Positions 38,145-51,297 of a DNA stretch of 64,000 nt are shown one piece after another. Location of the stretch: contig NMRA01000172.1 in NCBI GenBank assembly GCA_002633005.1, positions 617,871 to 681,870 on the forward strand. The letters run 5' to 3'. Each line of letters begins with the position of its first letter. Positions within the stretch are counted from its first letter, which is position 1. The notes under the pieces were generated by a model. It made no database searches. It was not told where the DNA came from and saw only the letters and a list, made by a program, of their open reading frames with translations. Position numbers and translations under genes: made by a program. This stretch comes from Phoronis australis. Its lineage: Eukaryota; Animalia; Phoronida.

Positions 38145-39668
38145 AAAACAATTTATAAACGATTAAATATCAGCCAGTTCACAACCACCATGAGAGAAGT
38201 CTTGGCATAAAAGAAATCTCGTAATTGTATCGTTTTGACCACTCTAAATAAAATAAATTACGAAGGAGTTTTTAAACCTTCAGAATAGTAGGTGGTGAAA
38301 GCAAATAAATGTGTAGCTTAGAAAGCATCAAAGATTTTGCGACAGTTATTTTGCCAGAAGTTGGAAGTCTTTTATTGCAAGAATTTATACTACTTTGAAT
38401 TTCCGTAAAATATTTTCATAATTTAAGTGAAACCATTTGAGAAAGATCTAAGTAAAACTTAATGTAACTCCCATCTTTGTAAAAGACTCTCTTCTCCATT
38501 TTAAGTATTTCTCTTTGCACAAGCGTCTGTCACTACACATTTCAAAGCTCACATACACATCGTTGATGCTCCTTAGATAAAAACAGTTCAACGTTTTAAA
38601 AACTACTAATTGCACGCTCATCTATTTAAAAGTGATGTCACAAAACGCTAAAGTTAAGTACTCATTAAATTTACCTCTAATTAAGTATGCAGTGCAATCA
38701 CGGAATTCTAAAACGCACCAAAATTTTTTCACTGTTTCTCCCCTGAAGTCGCAAGTAGACAAAAACTGGAGTTGGCAGGTAAAGAATGATTTAAAAACCA
38801 CTTTGTTCGTTAGGAAATCAGTCCAAATGTGTTTATCTCAACGCTGTTTGTAGGCTCATATTTACGCTCGTTATCAGAATATTCCAATAATGGAATCGTT
38901 CCATCCACACATTGCGTTTACTCATTCAAGTTTTCTCAAGTAGACACAGTTCATCTGTACTTTGTTTCTATCGAGTCGACTTCCTAACAGCATCGCGTTG
39001 GTAAGCTCGTTTTCAAATGACTATAAGCGATAGATCTCTTTTGTAATTACGTTAATTGGTATCGTCTTTAGAGATTAAATCTATGGACCTGAAAATATTG
39101 ACAAGTTTGCTAGTATTACTTTCACCACTTAACCTAGTAGGTTGCATTTCCATTAGAGGCCCGTGGGAAGGCAAAAATTATTGGGGGGGGTGGGCACACA
39201 CCAATTCGACTTTACCAAATTACCCCCCATCACCACCACATTTTGGGACACTTTGTAGAGCTGTCCGACAAATATCCTTGAGACTTATTTCAGATAGACA
39301 AAAATCGCTTAGTGTACCTTGCTATTTAGCGATCTTATGATAGATCGACTATCCAAATGTCAGCCTGCATTTAAGTTCTGTGAAGCAGCGTCATTTCTTA
39401 CAAGATTAGCTTCTAACTATCAAAATATATATCAATCAGTCGATTTTCGTAGATACATGAACAGTCATGCAAATCAGAAAGCAACAATCGATAACATGAA
39501 CAATGCCTTTACCTTGATTTAATGACCAATACCTCTTGATTTGCTTTTGATTTTGAACGACGAATATTGTACCAAAGTCAAAAAAGCAATGCATTTATTG
39601 TCATTTGAATTGTGAGTATAATTTTGGGAACTGTCCGAATTTTATCAATATCTAAATGTAATGTACTA

Positions 39669-39803
39669 CATGGCCGGCGCAGCCCTAACCGGGGCTATAT
39701 TCCCCCAACTCCTTGTGGTGCACCGCTAATAGACCATGGGCAGCGAAGCACTGAAAAAAGCGGGGGGCTATAGCCCCCCAGCCCCCTATGGTGTGCCGCC
39801 CAT
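39669..39803. mobile_element. Two adjacent mini-MITE copies (CATGG-GCGGCGCA family)
   Basis: 39735-39803 is the reverse complement of the 4192 element. A diverged copy precedes it. Confidence 0.55.
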
Positions 39804-40551
39804 AAACATGTACTATCAGAAACCAATAAATTTTGTTTACCAAAACGGAATGTTGTAAGCAATTTCTGCAGGCATGCTCGGAGATTTTTGACGGGTAACC
39901 GGGGAAACATGAAAGCCGGGGCATTTGTATTAAGGAGTATTTTTGCTCATTTCAGAGGTACCTATAACGGTTCAAGACTTAAACTTGAACTCCAAAAAAA
40001 CGCTGGAATATTTGTTTACGGTTTTGAATACTTTGAGTAGGGGAAAGTTACCGGTTCCGTACCAGTTATCATTATCGTACCACGTATTTTCCCGCCAAAC
40101 TACGTATGCTTGGCAACCAAAAGAGTGATTACTTTTAGCGACCTCAAACGGCGACGACAGAAAACCAAGTAAAATGTCGAGCAGACAACCCGGTGAAAAA
40201 CGGTGAGCATTTTCCACTTTTTTGACATGTTGATGTAAATTTTAGCTCCCATTAATAGTGTGATAAGACAACAACAAGTATAGCAAATGAGTGAACCGAT
40301 GTGCCATCTGGTAGCTCATTCTCATCTCTTTGTATGGTGTAATTTCTGGTTGCCAAATCGCATGCCAAATATTTTCAGCCCACGTGTTTGAAAATAGGTC
40401 AGTGTCACGAGTGTCGTAGCACTACAGGTCACGGGTATGGTACCCGGGGTACGATACATGTAACCAAGAGGTACGATCCACAACACGTGATACGAGTAGG
40501 TAATGTGTTGTTTTTCTTGCGTTTTAGTACTATTTTTTTACTTTCAGGTAA

Positions 40552-41510
40552 ATGCCATCGCCGTCGTCATGGACATCGGAGGATATGCAGAACTGTCTCA
40601 AAGCTATAGATGAAGGATTGTGATTTAACGCTGCTTCTAAGCTATTTGGTATCCCAAAGCCCACTATTCGCCGTCACCGCATGGGTCTGAATAAGTACGC
40701 AAAACATACCAAGTTACGCGGAGGTCCAAAAGTTTTGCCTACAGAAATAGAAGCTGATTTGGTAGAACACATAAAAGGTCTTGACGATCTTTTTTGGTAT
40801 CACGCCAAAAGGTCTTATGAAACTTGCATATCAATTGGCAAAATCCCATGGCATCCATAAATTTAGCGAAACAAAACAGTCTGTCAATAAAACCTGGTAC
40901 TACAGCTTTATGAGACGACATCCAGAACTCAGTCTGCGCACTCTACTGGTCGCATGAAAGGTTTCAGCCGCCGAGCTGTTTCAGATTTCTTCGATAAATA
41001 TTACGAGCTAATTGAATTACACGGATTTACTGCTGACAGAGTGTTTAATATGGATGAAACTGGACATTCTACCGTGCAAAGGCCATCGAAAGTGATCTCA
41101 ACGAAAGGGAAACGCCAAGTTGGAGCAGCAACAACCCCTGAACGAGGAACAAATACTTCTGGTGTCCACTGTCATTCTGCCATTGTCCAATACATCCCCC
41201 CGATGCTCATCTTCAAGAGGAAAAGACCGTGATTCCTTGAAAGTAGATGCACCCACTGGTACAATTTTTGCCTGCACTAATTCAGGATGGATTGACTCTA
41301 TAGTTTTCATTGAATAGCTTCGTCATTTTATCCGATCAGTGAATGCGTCAGTTGAAAACAAAGTCCTTCTACTCGACGGACATGCATCCCACACAATAAA
41401 CCTTGACGCCATTAAGCTAGTGCCGGAAAATGGTGTTTTCATTCTCTCCTTCCCCAGGCACACAACGCACAGGCTCCAACCCTTAGATGTTAGCTTTTTT
41501 AAGTCATAAT
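40552..41510 (+). pseudogene. Decayed pogo-family (Tc1/mariner superfamily) transposase: HTH_psq + CENP-B HTH + DDE_1
   Basis: WTSEDMQNCLKAI...AASKLFGIPKPTIRRH, WYYSFMRRHPELSLR, RVFNMDETG, SGWIDS, LLLDGHASH and HTTHRLQPLDVSFFK, with several stops and frameshifts. Confidence 0.92.
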
Positions 41511-42499
41511 TGTGATTCCGATGGAGACTCTGATTAACCTACATAAACCAGGCAATTTAAGTTTGTTACATAAGTATAGTTGAGTGGTCCATTTTGTTGT
41601 CTTTAAGTGTTGGTTTGTTCGCACATATTTATAAAGACCTCTGTTAGCATTAGAGTCATAGGGAAACGCTGTTTCTTGTAATATGTTTCTATGTGGCCAA
41701 TAAAAGGTTTGACTGTTTGCACTGTCTCCTTGTTTATCTTTGCTTGGTGAAATACACGTAGTTATTAGTATTGTACCACTGGTACGATTCTGATGTCTGA
41801 CAGGTACGAATTACAAAACCGGTCATGTGAATCGTACTTTTAGTGACTTTTATACAACCGTATTTTGCAGCTAATACATAATCATTATTCTTGATTATTC
41901 TATCCTAGGTTTTCATTATTTCAAATGTAACTACTCCAGCGTTGGTTATACTATTTTGATTTGTTTAATTTCTGCCCTGGAGGTTTCTTCTCTAACGTAA
42001 TTTGCACAACATTACTGTCCTGACTCCTGGAGACACCCATTTCAAGAGCATATCGCTAATTAACCCATCAGTCATTTTCCTTGATGAATGTAATTATTTG
42101 GCACTCTGAAGTACATCTCTTCATTGTTTTGTTTAAGTTTTGTTTCCTTGTCTTATAGAGGCCAGTCTTAATGCATTGCTTTGTGTTTAGCATACATGTA
42201 CCTACCAGTGAAGCTTAATCCCCCCATTTTTGGCAAGTACCCCTATAACTCAGAAGTCATCTTGGTAAACAATTCAATTCAATCGACTCCATGTTTGGTC
42301 AGTTTATTAGTGGGCAAGCAATATGATTGTTCTACTGTGTTTTACCTCTATGTTATTTAGTTCAGGTTGTCACTGTCACTGCTAGAAGTTATTAATACAT
42401 CAATCAGAGCGATATCTCGAGCCACTTAGAATTTTCAAAATACAATCCACAATCTGCATCGCTGCATTGAAATTTGTCATCTAGAAAATTGGAATTGAA

Positions 42500-43720
42500 G
42501 GTCAATTCATTATGGAGAGACGATATTTGTTATGCATGTTAACATTTACAAATATTTGGTAGAATCAAAAGCAGTTGATGGACAGTCAATGGAAAACTTT
42601 GAAATCATTCAATTACTTCCAGGCACTGCATTGATAAGATTTTACACCATGGTTTGTACAAGGACACTGTGATTATTAAGTGTAATGTCAGACCATCTCA
42701 GAGCATCAACAATGAGTGGAACTCGGTCGGCATATTAAAAGCATTGAATAGTGGTGAAATAGTATCTTGCATTTGCAAATGTATGACCGGTTTAGGAAAA
42801 CCATCCAGTCACATTGGTGCTGTCTTGTGGAAAATTGAATACGCTGTTAGAATGGTGCTGACGGGCACTATCTACACGGACATGTCCCCAAATTGGAATA
42901 AGGGAATCAGGCGGAAATAGAGCCTAAAGTTCTTAATGAAATAGTTTTCAAGAATCCAAAGTTACAGCAGAATATTGTTGAAGACTGTGATAATCCCGGT
43001 GCTAGATGGGATGTGCCTATGTTTTCATCTCAACAGGCATTCCAGGAACATTGTTACAAATCATGCTTGCATGTCTTCCCTCATTCAGCTAAAAAAGACA
43101 TACTAAGTATTCTTTAGCAAGCCATTCTCTATTATAGTAGAACCACATAAGTCTCATGATTGAACACTGGAATGTGGAAAGTATAAAACGTTTGACGACA
43201 AAATTAAATAGTCAGATGAAAAAAACTAGTGTTCTCGCAGCCACTACTGTTCAGTAAAGTGATACTGACTTCTAGAATTTCAGGCAAATCAGGATAATAG
43301 GAAGTGTCGCACATAAAGTCCCTGTGAAAGTAACCACCGACGCCGCTAACTTTTTGGCCTAGTTTTACAAAGTATGAGAGTCTGAACAAAGAGAAAGCAT
43401 TGGACTACAACAATAAGTGATTCACTATTTCACACGCAGGGCTATCAGTTACCCCTTCAGAAAGCATGTAAGCAGCAAGCCCTGATGGAATGTAAATGGG
43501 GAATACGTTGTTGGAAATAAAATGCAAAGTTCCAATTCCTGGTCCTACCAACATTAACTCGTATCATCAAATAAATATGATATCGTGTATAACAGTGATG
43601 CTGCTACCCTTGAGGTCAAAGTCCAGAAACGATATTACATGTACATGCAAATGCAAAAATAATCATATTTTGTAATGGTCCTAAGAAAGCAACACTAGTT
43701 TTGTACAGAACCTACAATGA
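42500..43720 (+). pseudogene. Decayed SWIM zinc finger + YqaJ/lambda-exonuclease ORF (as in ISL2EU/Kolobok-associated genes)
   Basis: CNVRPSQ...GEIVSCICKCMTGLGKPSSHIGAVLWKIE (SWIM CxC..H), AASPDG...LLEIKC (PD-(D/E)xK) and YY..MQMQ. Confidence 0.75.
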
Positions 43721-44019
43721 TTCTACAACGTAGATGTACATGTACTATACAGCTGTAGCACTTGGGTACAGGTAATCACCAAGCGAAGGCAATAACAAAA
43801 ATTATCCTCACGAAATGAGGTTTAAATATACAGGTCTACATGGGAAACAACGTAAAGTAGTGTCTCTTCTTGATCTGCCCGATGTTGTGTGGAAGAGGGT
43901 AGATGCGTACATGTGCACGGTTATTGTACAGTATAGAGCTTTGTTTATGGAAATCTTTAGTATTTTCTACGTAAAGAAATGGTGTGTGAGGTTAGCAGGG
44001 TTTCTTTAGCTTTTTGCCG

Positions 44020-44400
44020 TCGTGTCCTCTCATGATCCTTTTGGAGGGGGCCTTGTGGTCATATCTTTCAAACATAGTGATTTTCGTAGAAGTGAGAGGA
44101 TAGAGGGCCAGTAGAATGGCGGCAAGTCCTTGTTGTTCCAGAGGCAAGGCTTGGTACAGAAGTTGACCAGCCTTAAATTATGAACGTCCGTAGCAGAATG
44201 ATTCGTGGCTGACACACTGAGAGATTTGACCAAAAGGGCTTGGCCACCCTTCCTCAGGCTGCTGTATTGGTCGATCAGGGCTGTAAGAACTGCACGCGAT
44301 CAGCTCATACTGAAAGACGTCGGCTATGTCAATATTACGTTGTTGTCTTACGACAAACAGCCAACTGAATAGCGTCTCATCGCCATAAATGACCAACGCT
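44020..44400 (-). pseudogene. Internally deleted DNA-transposon ORF fragment, Academ-like
   Basis: LFSWLFVVRQQRNIDIADVFQYEL and VHNLRLVNFCTK...LPP...MTTRPPP resemble segments flanking the XPG-like domain of Academ proteins (recalled, not searched). Confidence 0.4.
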
Positions 44401-46067
44401 TGTCATGGACTAATTGCTTAGTAACATTCACTGCTTAGTGAAATCAAAGTTCTGACTGTTCTGCTCACTGCTAATGACTAGTTGGTTCAGAACTATCAGG
44501 ATGTGTATAACTACGTGGCCATTAAAGAAGTTGTAGAGATAAGACTGCTGGTCAGTGAGGGGAGACCTGTGTTTCTCTAGGTCCTCCACAAGTTCTCTAA
44601 TCATTCTCGCCCAGTTTCACTATTTCTTCTCTTCACCACCTTAATTCTGCATGTGCTCCATAGCAGTATTAAGGTGGGCACACAATGAAAGGGATAACCC
44701 ACACAACCACTTGCTAAGCTTTTATCAAAGCTTCCCTCATACCCCCAGGACATTTTACCCTTTTAAGAACTGCTTGCTCTTCGAAATGATCAGCTTTTAC
44801 TTCGGTCCTGCCATTCGAGTGACGACAGTCGTGCACTACTATGAATAAATCTTTCTTGGCAGTCTCTGGAAGGTGCTACCCGCACAATAAAACGAATTAG
44901 AGAAACTTCGACAGAACTTGGGATAATTATTTTGGCAGAATTTATCCAGCCCTATATTGGACATTGTAACTGAATTAAATAGCGTTTTTGTGGAACTTAA
45001 GATGGCGTTATTCTGCTTAGCAGCTAATTGTTTATTTGTTAATGGGTTTGCGCAGTAGATGTACATTATCCAGATTACAGCAATGTGCGTGAAGGAACAC
45101 CTAGCGAGGAGTTGTCGAGGTTAATCCAAAATTGAAAATGCTTTCGACGTTGTTAAGTTTAGTTTGAAAACTGCTCAACCACTGTAGACACCTCACACAA
45201 AATTGTGGTGACCTGCTGCGATGAAATACATCATCACCTTGAAAAAAGGCTGTTGAAGGAAGAAGGCAGTGTTATACTTGGTTTGAAAAGGAGGCCGGTC
45301 GAGTAAACCATAACTTCTTCACAAGTCTTGATCCCACTCGAGTAGAAATTCAGTAGCAATACGCCTTTGGTGTGATTATATTGTGATTGTATGCCTGCAG
45401 ATAATTGAGCCCTTAAGTCATCAAGTTGAAAATAAGAAAATAGGCCGTCACCTTGAATTACAAAAAATGTTCAAATTTGCAACCAAGCTAATTTTGTTCT
45501 CCCAATAACAATTGAGCCCCAAAAATCAAAGTACGCAAAATTTGAAAACATTTGTATTATTTCAATTATTTATTAATCTTTAAATGATGTACAAATTAAT
45601 ATATCTTTGCATAAACGCCAATTGTAACTGAATATATGGACAATTTATACCTTTTTAAAATTTCTTTTGTTAGATGCAAAGAACTACATGTACGTGCCAC
45701 GAAACGCTCTAGCAATGCTGGTTATGAATACGCAGTTAACAATTTATTGGATTGTTAACAATATCGTGCTGGTGTGATTTATGCCACAAATTGGTGTATG
45801 TGTACTGTTGTTAATTCTTGTACGCAAACCGGATGCATATTGTCGTCATCTCTCATGTCTGGGTGTATGGAGTCCGCTGCTGTGACTCCTAAGCCCCTTG
45901 CAGGACCTTATTGAAATTTGGCAGATGTGCTCTTGTAAAGGTGAAAACAGATGCCAATGAATGTCGGGTCGATTACCCCTTTTGCAACCTAGTGACAATT
46001 TTACTTTTTTACGTTTGCTTCAGGATTGTCAGAGTTCCTTGATGGATTTTCTTGAAATTTTTGTTAA

Positions 46068-49036
46068 AGGAGAATGCCACTCCAAAAAACCTATTTTGTA
46101 TCAATTTAGATGGAGTACTTCCACTCAATAGCAGCAAGTGCAGTTCTTTTACCTGAAACCTGACGGCAAATGGAGGTGTTGAAATTAACCAATGACGTCA
46201 CAGGTTCGAACGGAGGCTGTTCAGCAGTTCACAACACGCTTACTGGTGTCAGTTTAGCGCTTGAATTCATCGTTTTACACTATTAAATCATCAAAATTCG
46301 ATGTAAAACCCTTACAAATACATCGAGTTCTTGAACAAACGTGTTGTTTTATTTCGCTGTTACGGCTTTAGATGTATTTGAACGTAGCCTACAAAGTTCG
46401 GTAGGCCAATTATTCAATTTCGGTCGCGGGTGTTTGAGGTCTTTTCGATGATAATTTCAAATTATTCTTCCGTGAAATAGAGACAGGAGAACATAGCTGT
46501 GTGTTATATTTTTTCAGCTCTAAACACAAAAAACTCCTGTTATCCCGGCCAGTGCCTCGGAACCCGATCAGGCCCGTCGAGGCCGGACTGAACACATCAC
46601 GAAGACTGTACTAGTGAAGTAAAGAAATAATCAGCACGTGACTATTTTGGTGAACTAGCCTCGAAACGGCAAATCTACTTGTTGGGGGCTGCGAAGTCAG
46701 ATCCCCCTTCCACAGAACCGTCATGAGGGCAAGAGTTGTACAGCAACAAAGATTCCAATAATGTATATGTATATCTAAATAAAGATTCCCCTAACACCTG
46801 AACAAAGGATATAAAATCGAGTTATTGTTTTGCACAGCTTTCTGTCAGGCCTCGGTGCCCGGTCAATTAGTTTATTACATTTAAAGCAGGTAACTCAGTG
46901 ATTTATTCATTGCTTTCCTCTCAAAACATTTGCACTCACGAACACTCCACAGGCATTGCAAATTGTATCTAATGAGACAGACTTTGTTTCAGTTTTGTAT
47001 AAGCATAGATATTGTGAAACAGAACGCACAATAATAAACGTCAGCATGGCAATTTTTAATCCCGACTTAGACGAGTGCTCATCCGGCGAAGACTTCACAG
47101 GTCGATCGATAGGTTTCAACAAGCTATCATTTCGAACCGGAATACACTGATCAAGAAATACTAGAGAGGTGTCGTGAACGTGCACAGACAACGGAACATA
47201 TGGAATTTTCCGATAACCGTTTGAATGACAGTCCGCTAACTGCAGGATTATGGAAACGACTGACGCTTGCGTTTGCTGACACGAAATTCCGCAAGCGAAN
47301 GTTCGGTAGGCCAATTATTCAATTTCGGTCGCGGGTGTTTGGGGTCTTTTCGATGATAAATTCAAATTATTCTTCCGTGAAATAGAGACAGGAGAACATA
47401 GCTGTGTGTTATATTTTTTCAGTTCTAAACACACAAAACTCCTGTTATCCCGGCCAGTGGCTCGGAACCCGATCAGGCCCGTCGCGGCCGGACTGAAGAC
47501 ACCACGAACATAAACCACCCAAAGTTGGAAACTAAACATCCAGTCACAAAAGACTGTACTAGTGAACTAGAAATAATCAGCACGGGACTATTTTGGTGAA
47601 CTAGCCTCGAAACGGCAAATCTACTTGTTGGGGGCCGCGAAGTCAGGTTCCCCTTCCACAGAACCGGCATGAGGGCAAGAGTTGTACAGCAACAATGATT
47701 CCAATAATGTATATGTATATCTAAATAAAGATTCCCCTAACACCTGAACAAAGGATATAAAATCGAGTTATTGTTTTGCACAGCTTTCTGTCAGGCCTCG
47801 GTGCCCGGTCAATTAGTTTATTACATCTAAAGCAGGTAACTCAGTGATTTATTCATTGCTTTCTTCTCAAAACATTTGCATTCACGAACACTCCACAGGC
47901 ATTGCAAATTGTATCTAATGAGACAGACTTTGTTTCAGTTTTGTATAAGCATAGATATTGTGAGAATAATTCATTTTGAAACAGAACGCACAATAATAAA
48001 CGTCAACATGGCAATTTTTAATCCCGACTTAGACGAGTGCTCATCCGGCGAAGACTTTACAGGTCGATCGATAGGTTTCAACAAGCTATCATTTCGAACC
48101 GGAATACACTGAACAAGAAATACTAGAGAGGTGTCGTGAACGTGCACAGACAACGGAACATATGGATTTTTCCGATAACCGTTTGAATGACAGTCCGCTA
48201 ACTGCAGGATTATGGAAACGACTGACGCTTGCGTTTGCTGACACGAAATTCCGCAAGCGAAACGCCTTCTTGGAGAAGCGCAGATCTGTCTCACTGGCTA
48301 TCCTGATTTTACACCGCATCTAAACTGAAGAGGTGTGCTTACGACATTTTTAGGGCTGGGAAAAAGATCTGGCGAAAACTTCCAACACCCACAGGGCCAA
48401 ACAGAAGCCTGACGAACGAGTACGTTATCAAGCAGGTTATATAAAAAGTTATGTTCTCATGCCTTGAATTAATTGTAATTGTTTATGTTCTCAAGGCCAA
48501 TTACAATTCTCCATAATAAAAAAACTGATCAACAACTGATCCACGTTTCTTTAACTCCTGCCTGCTGAACGTAAAGAAACTACGGACAGCGTTTAATATC
48601 AGCCTCTCAGTCTCTTTTTCTGCACTGGTATGAGCTGTTTGGTGAGCCGGCATTCGTCAGTGAAATCACTATCGACGAAATGCTGGCCAGAGGCACGGAG
48701 ATGTTTCACGGCCTCATATTTGGTATTGACGGCGTACTTTCCATTCTTCACTGCATCGAGCAACTTCCGAAGCATTACGGGCTCTCGAGAAAAACCAAAA
48801 AACGATATACCCGCTTTCGTTGCAGCTTCATAGTTCGCACAAGCGGGAACGATACACCACACCATAGCGGCACTCACAATGGAGAAGAACCACTGACGTC
48901 GGTGCCTCGTTTTTCACCTTTCTCACAAGTTAACGCGACAGCTTTCGGCGAGGTAAAATCGACCGTATACGAGGTGATGTGGATATAGGCAGATTAAGAC
49001 AGTAAAAAGACTCATTAAATCAGGTGGCATTTTCCT
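46068..49036 (-). mobile_element. Kolobok-like non-autonomous DNA transposon with both TIRs and a THAP-domain remnant
   Basis: TTAA|AGGAGAATGCCAC...GTGGCATTTTCCT|ATAA (TIR plus degenerate TTAA target duplication). The ORF at 48599..48877 is THAP-like: CIVPAC...FFGFSRE...LRK.LDAV...LRASGQHFVDSDF. Confidence 0.85.
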
Positions 49037-50106
49037 ATAAGGAGACGTCATTCCATTTACAAACGGATTTGACATCTTTTGCGCTACCTTGTGGCCATTT
49101 CTTATTTTGAGTCGTTTTCTGGCCTCCACTTCTCTATCTACTAAACCGCAGATGTTTTCTTGATGAGGAGGCCACGAATGACGAGGAATTTCGAAAGGGT
49201 TCGACTACTTTGTATCCCCCTAGTTTCGATTTTGTGTTTTTTGCGTTTCTGGTCGAATCTCCTTAACACTTTGAGGGAGCTTTGTGAAATTTGAGTCATG
49301 TTAAACTGATCTGAATAAAGCTCTGCACCGTAGTGGCAAAGTTTTTTTACGTTTGGTCTACATTTTCGTAGTCCGTGATGGATTTTCATGAAATTCAACA
49401 GTTTCTATTAAGCAGAAGACAACGCCCCATTTTGGACGGACGCGACGTTTTCTAAGCCATCTGTTGGTACATTTCTGACCTTCTTTCTGCCCGCCAAACT
49501 TTCCATCTTTGTACATTAATTGGACTTCTGGTACCGTTAGATACTGTTCTGCAGTAAAATTTCAGGATGCAGCGATACATGTATGTGCGAAAATGCGATA
49601 AACTATTTACTCCAACTACCTAACAGAAATTTGCAGGTAAAGGCTTTCTAATAGATGAGAATGAACAAACACCTTTTGTGTAGATTTGAAATGTAAAAAA
49701 ATAGTGATCTTGATACACGGAGTGTGTGTTATCGTAAACAAAAGATATCGGAACAAATTTTTACGATTGTTGTTACTAAAGAAAGTGGACTCTGGAAAAT
49801 AACAATGTTCATGAGGAAAGCGACTAAGGAACATCTTTTCCATAGTTGCCAACATTCGAGAATGATAAAAACAGGAAAACCGGATTGAAAAACGGGACTT
49901 CCACATACTAAACGGGCTATTTGGGTCTATGTCATAACGCAGGTGTGAAATGTTCGCTGCAACACACAAAGACGTACCGACAACAAGAGAGATAATACAC
50001 CCATAAGCGCACAGCAAATGCGGGTGCTTCAAAATTACGGTTGATTAAAAACCCATTAAACGTCCCGTTTTACTGGTGTGCAAAAATAGTGTTATGTTGT
50101 TAGTAT

Positions 50107-51297
50107 ATATAGATTATTACATGGCGAAGTCGTTAACCCCCGTTATCTAGAGCCCGAGTGGATTTTGGAGAATTATCGCCCGAGGGGCGTCAGCCCCGAG
50201 GGTGATAATTCTCCAAAATCCACAAGGGCTCTAGATAAGGGGGATAACGGCTGAGAACATGTAATAATCTATTTATACCACATACTACACGAGAAACATT
50301 GCAATGAATCGATTTACCTTTTCTGACTCTCCACGGCTTTGTAACTACTTTCTATGTCAGAGGCCCGGGGTCGGAGGTCGTGACCTTTTAAGAAAAGCCG
50401 GGCTTTTTTGTCAAATAATGCTTTTACTCAAAAAACCAATTGAAAACTTGAATATAATAGAAATAAACTGAATTCATAAATTAAGGTTTACCAACTATTA
50501 TAGCTTAAAACACGTTTTTTTTCACGCTAAGCTTCGACCGGGAAATTATCGTCTGCTAAAGTAGGTTAACAATGGTAACTGAATATAATTCTCAAGTCAA
50601 AGATCCTGACGACACGATAACCGCATTCAAACTGGAGATCGGTGATTTACAAGTAAGAGGACATGAGGTAAATCGATTCATTGCAATGTTTCTCGTTTAG
50701 TATGTGGTATAAATAGATTATTACATGTTCTCAGCCGTTATCCCCCTTATCTAGAGCCCTCGTGGATTTTGGAGAATTATCACCCTCGGGGCTAACGCCC
50801 CTCGGGCGATAATTCACCAAAATCCACTCGGGCTCTAGATAACGGGGGATAACGACTTCGCCATGTAATAATCTATATTTATTACATGGCGAAGTCGTTA
50901 TCCCCCGTTATCTAAAGCCCGAGTGGATTTTGGAGAATTATCGCCCGACACGATACCCGCATTCAAACTGGAGATCGGTGTAAGAGGACATGAGAGAAAA
51001 TTTTCACTGAATTAAGATATCATTTTTGTGGAAATAATGTGTCTTATTTTTCGTAGTGTATAAGTACAGTACAATGCGGTTTGTTGAACGTGCGATTATT
51101 TAAGTATTCTATTTTCACTCTTGATGACGTCAGTCGCTGTGTGGTGTAGTGGTTAAAGTCGGCGATCAGCAATACCAAGGTCACGGGTTCGACTCCGTCT
51201 TCGGTTTCCCGCCAAATCGTTATCTCACTAGTGAGATAACTTTATGGGTTATTACACGGTTTTATCTGCCTTTTGATGCTAATATTGTGGTATAAAT
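50107..51297. mobile_element. Crypton-like (CryptonV-type) non-autonomous element with ~165-bp terminal hairpin, internally rearranged
   Basis: Palindrome ATAGATTATTACATG...CCCGAGGGGC-GTCA-GCCCCGAGGG...CATGTAATAATCTAT followed by TTATACCACA, with the complementary TGTGGTATAAAT at the far end (51286-51297). A perfect 22-bp palindrome lies at 51219-51240. The family name is inferred from architecture. Confidence 0.65.
51135..51205 (+). pseudogene. tRNA-derived segment (Pol III A and B boxes) inside the hairpin element
   Basis: A box TGGTGTAGTGG and B box GGTTCGACTCC are correctly spaced, with T-stem ACGG/CCGT. The anticodon and acceptor stems do not pair. Confidence 0.6.

Noticed and set aside
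46397-48260. ~0.9-kb tandem duplication inside the Kolobok-like element
   Set aside because: The junction is exactly a single N (47300) and the copies differ by allele-like SNPs and indels. It is most likely an overlap of two haplotype contigs, not a biological duplication.
5190-49036. Mirror-oriented Kolobok copies as a relic of the GPCR inverted duplication
   Set aside because: The sequences flanking the shared terminus are not homologous, which indicates independent insertions.
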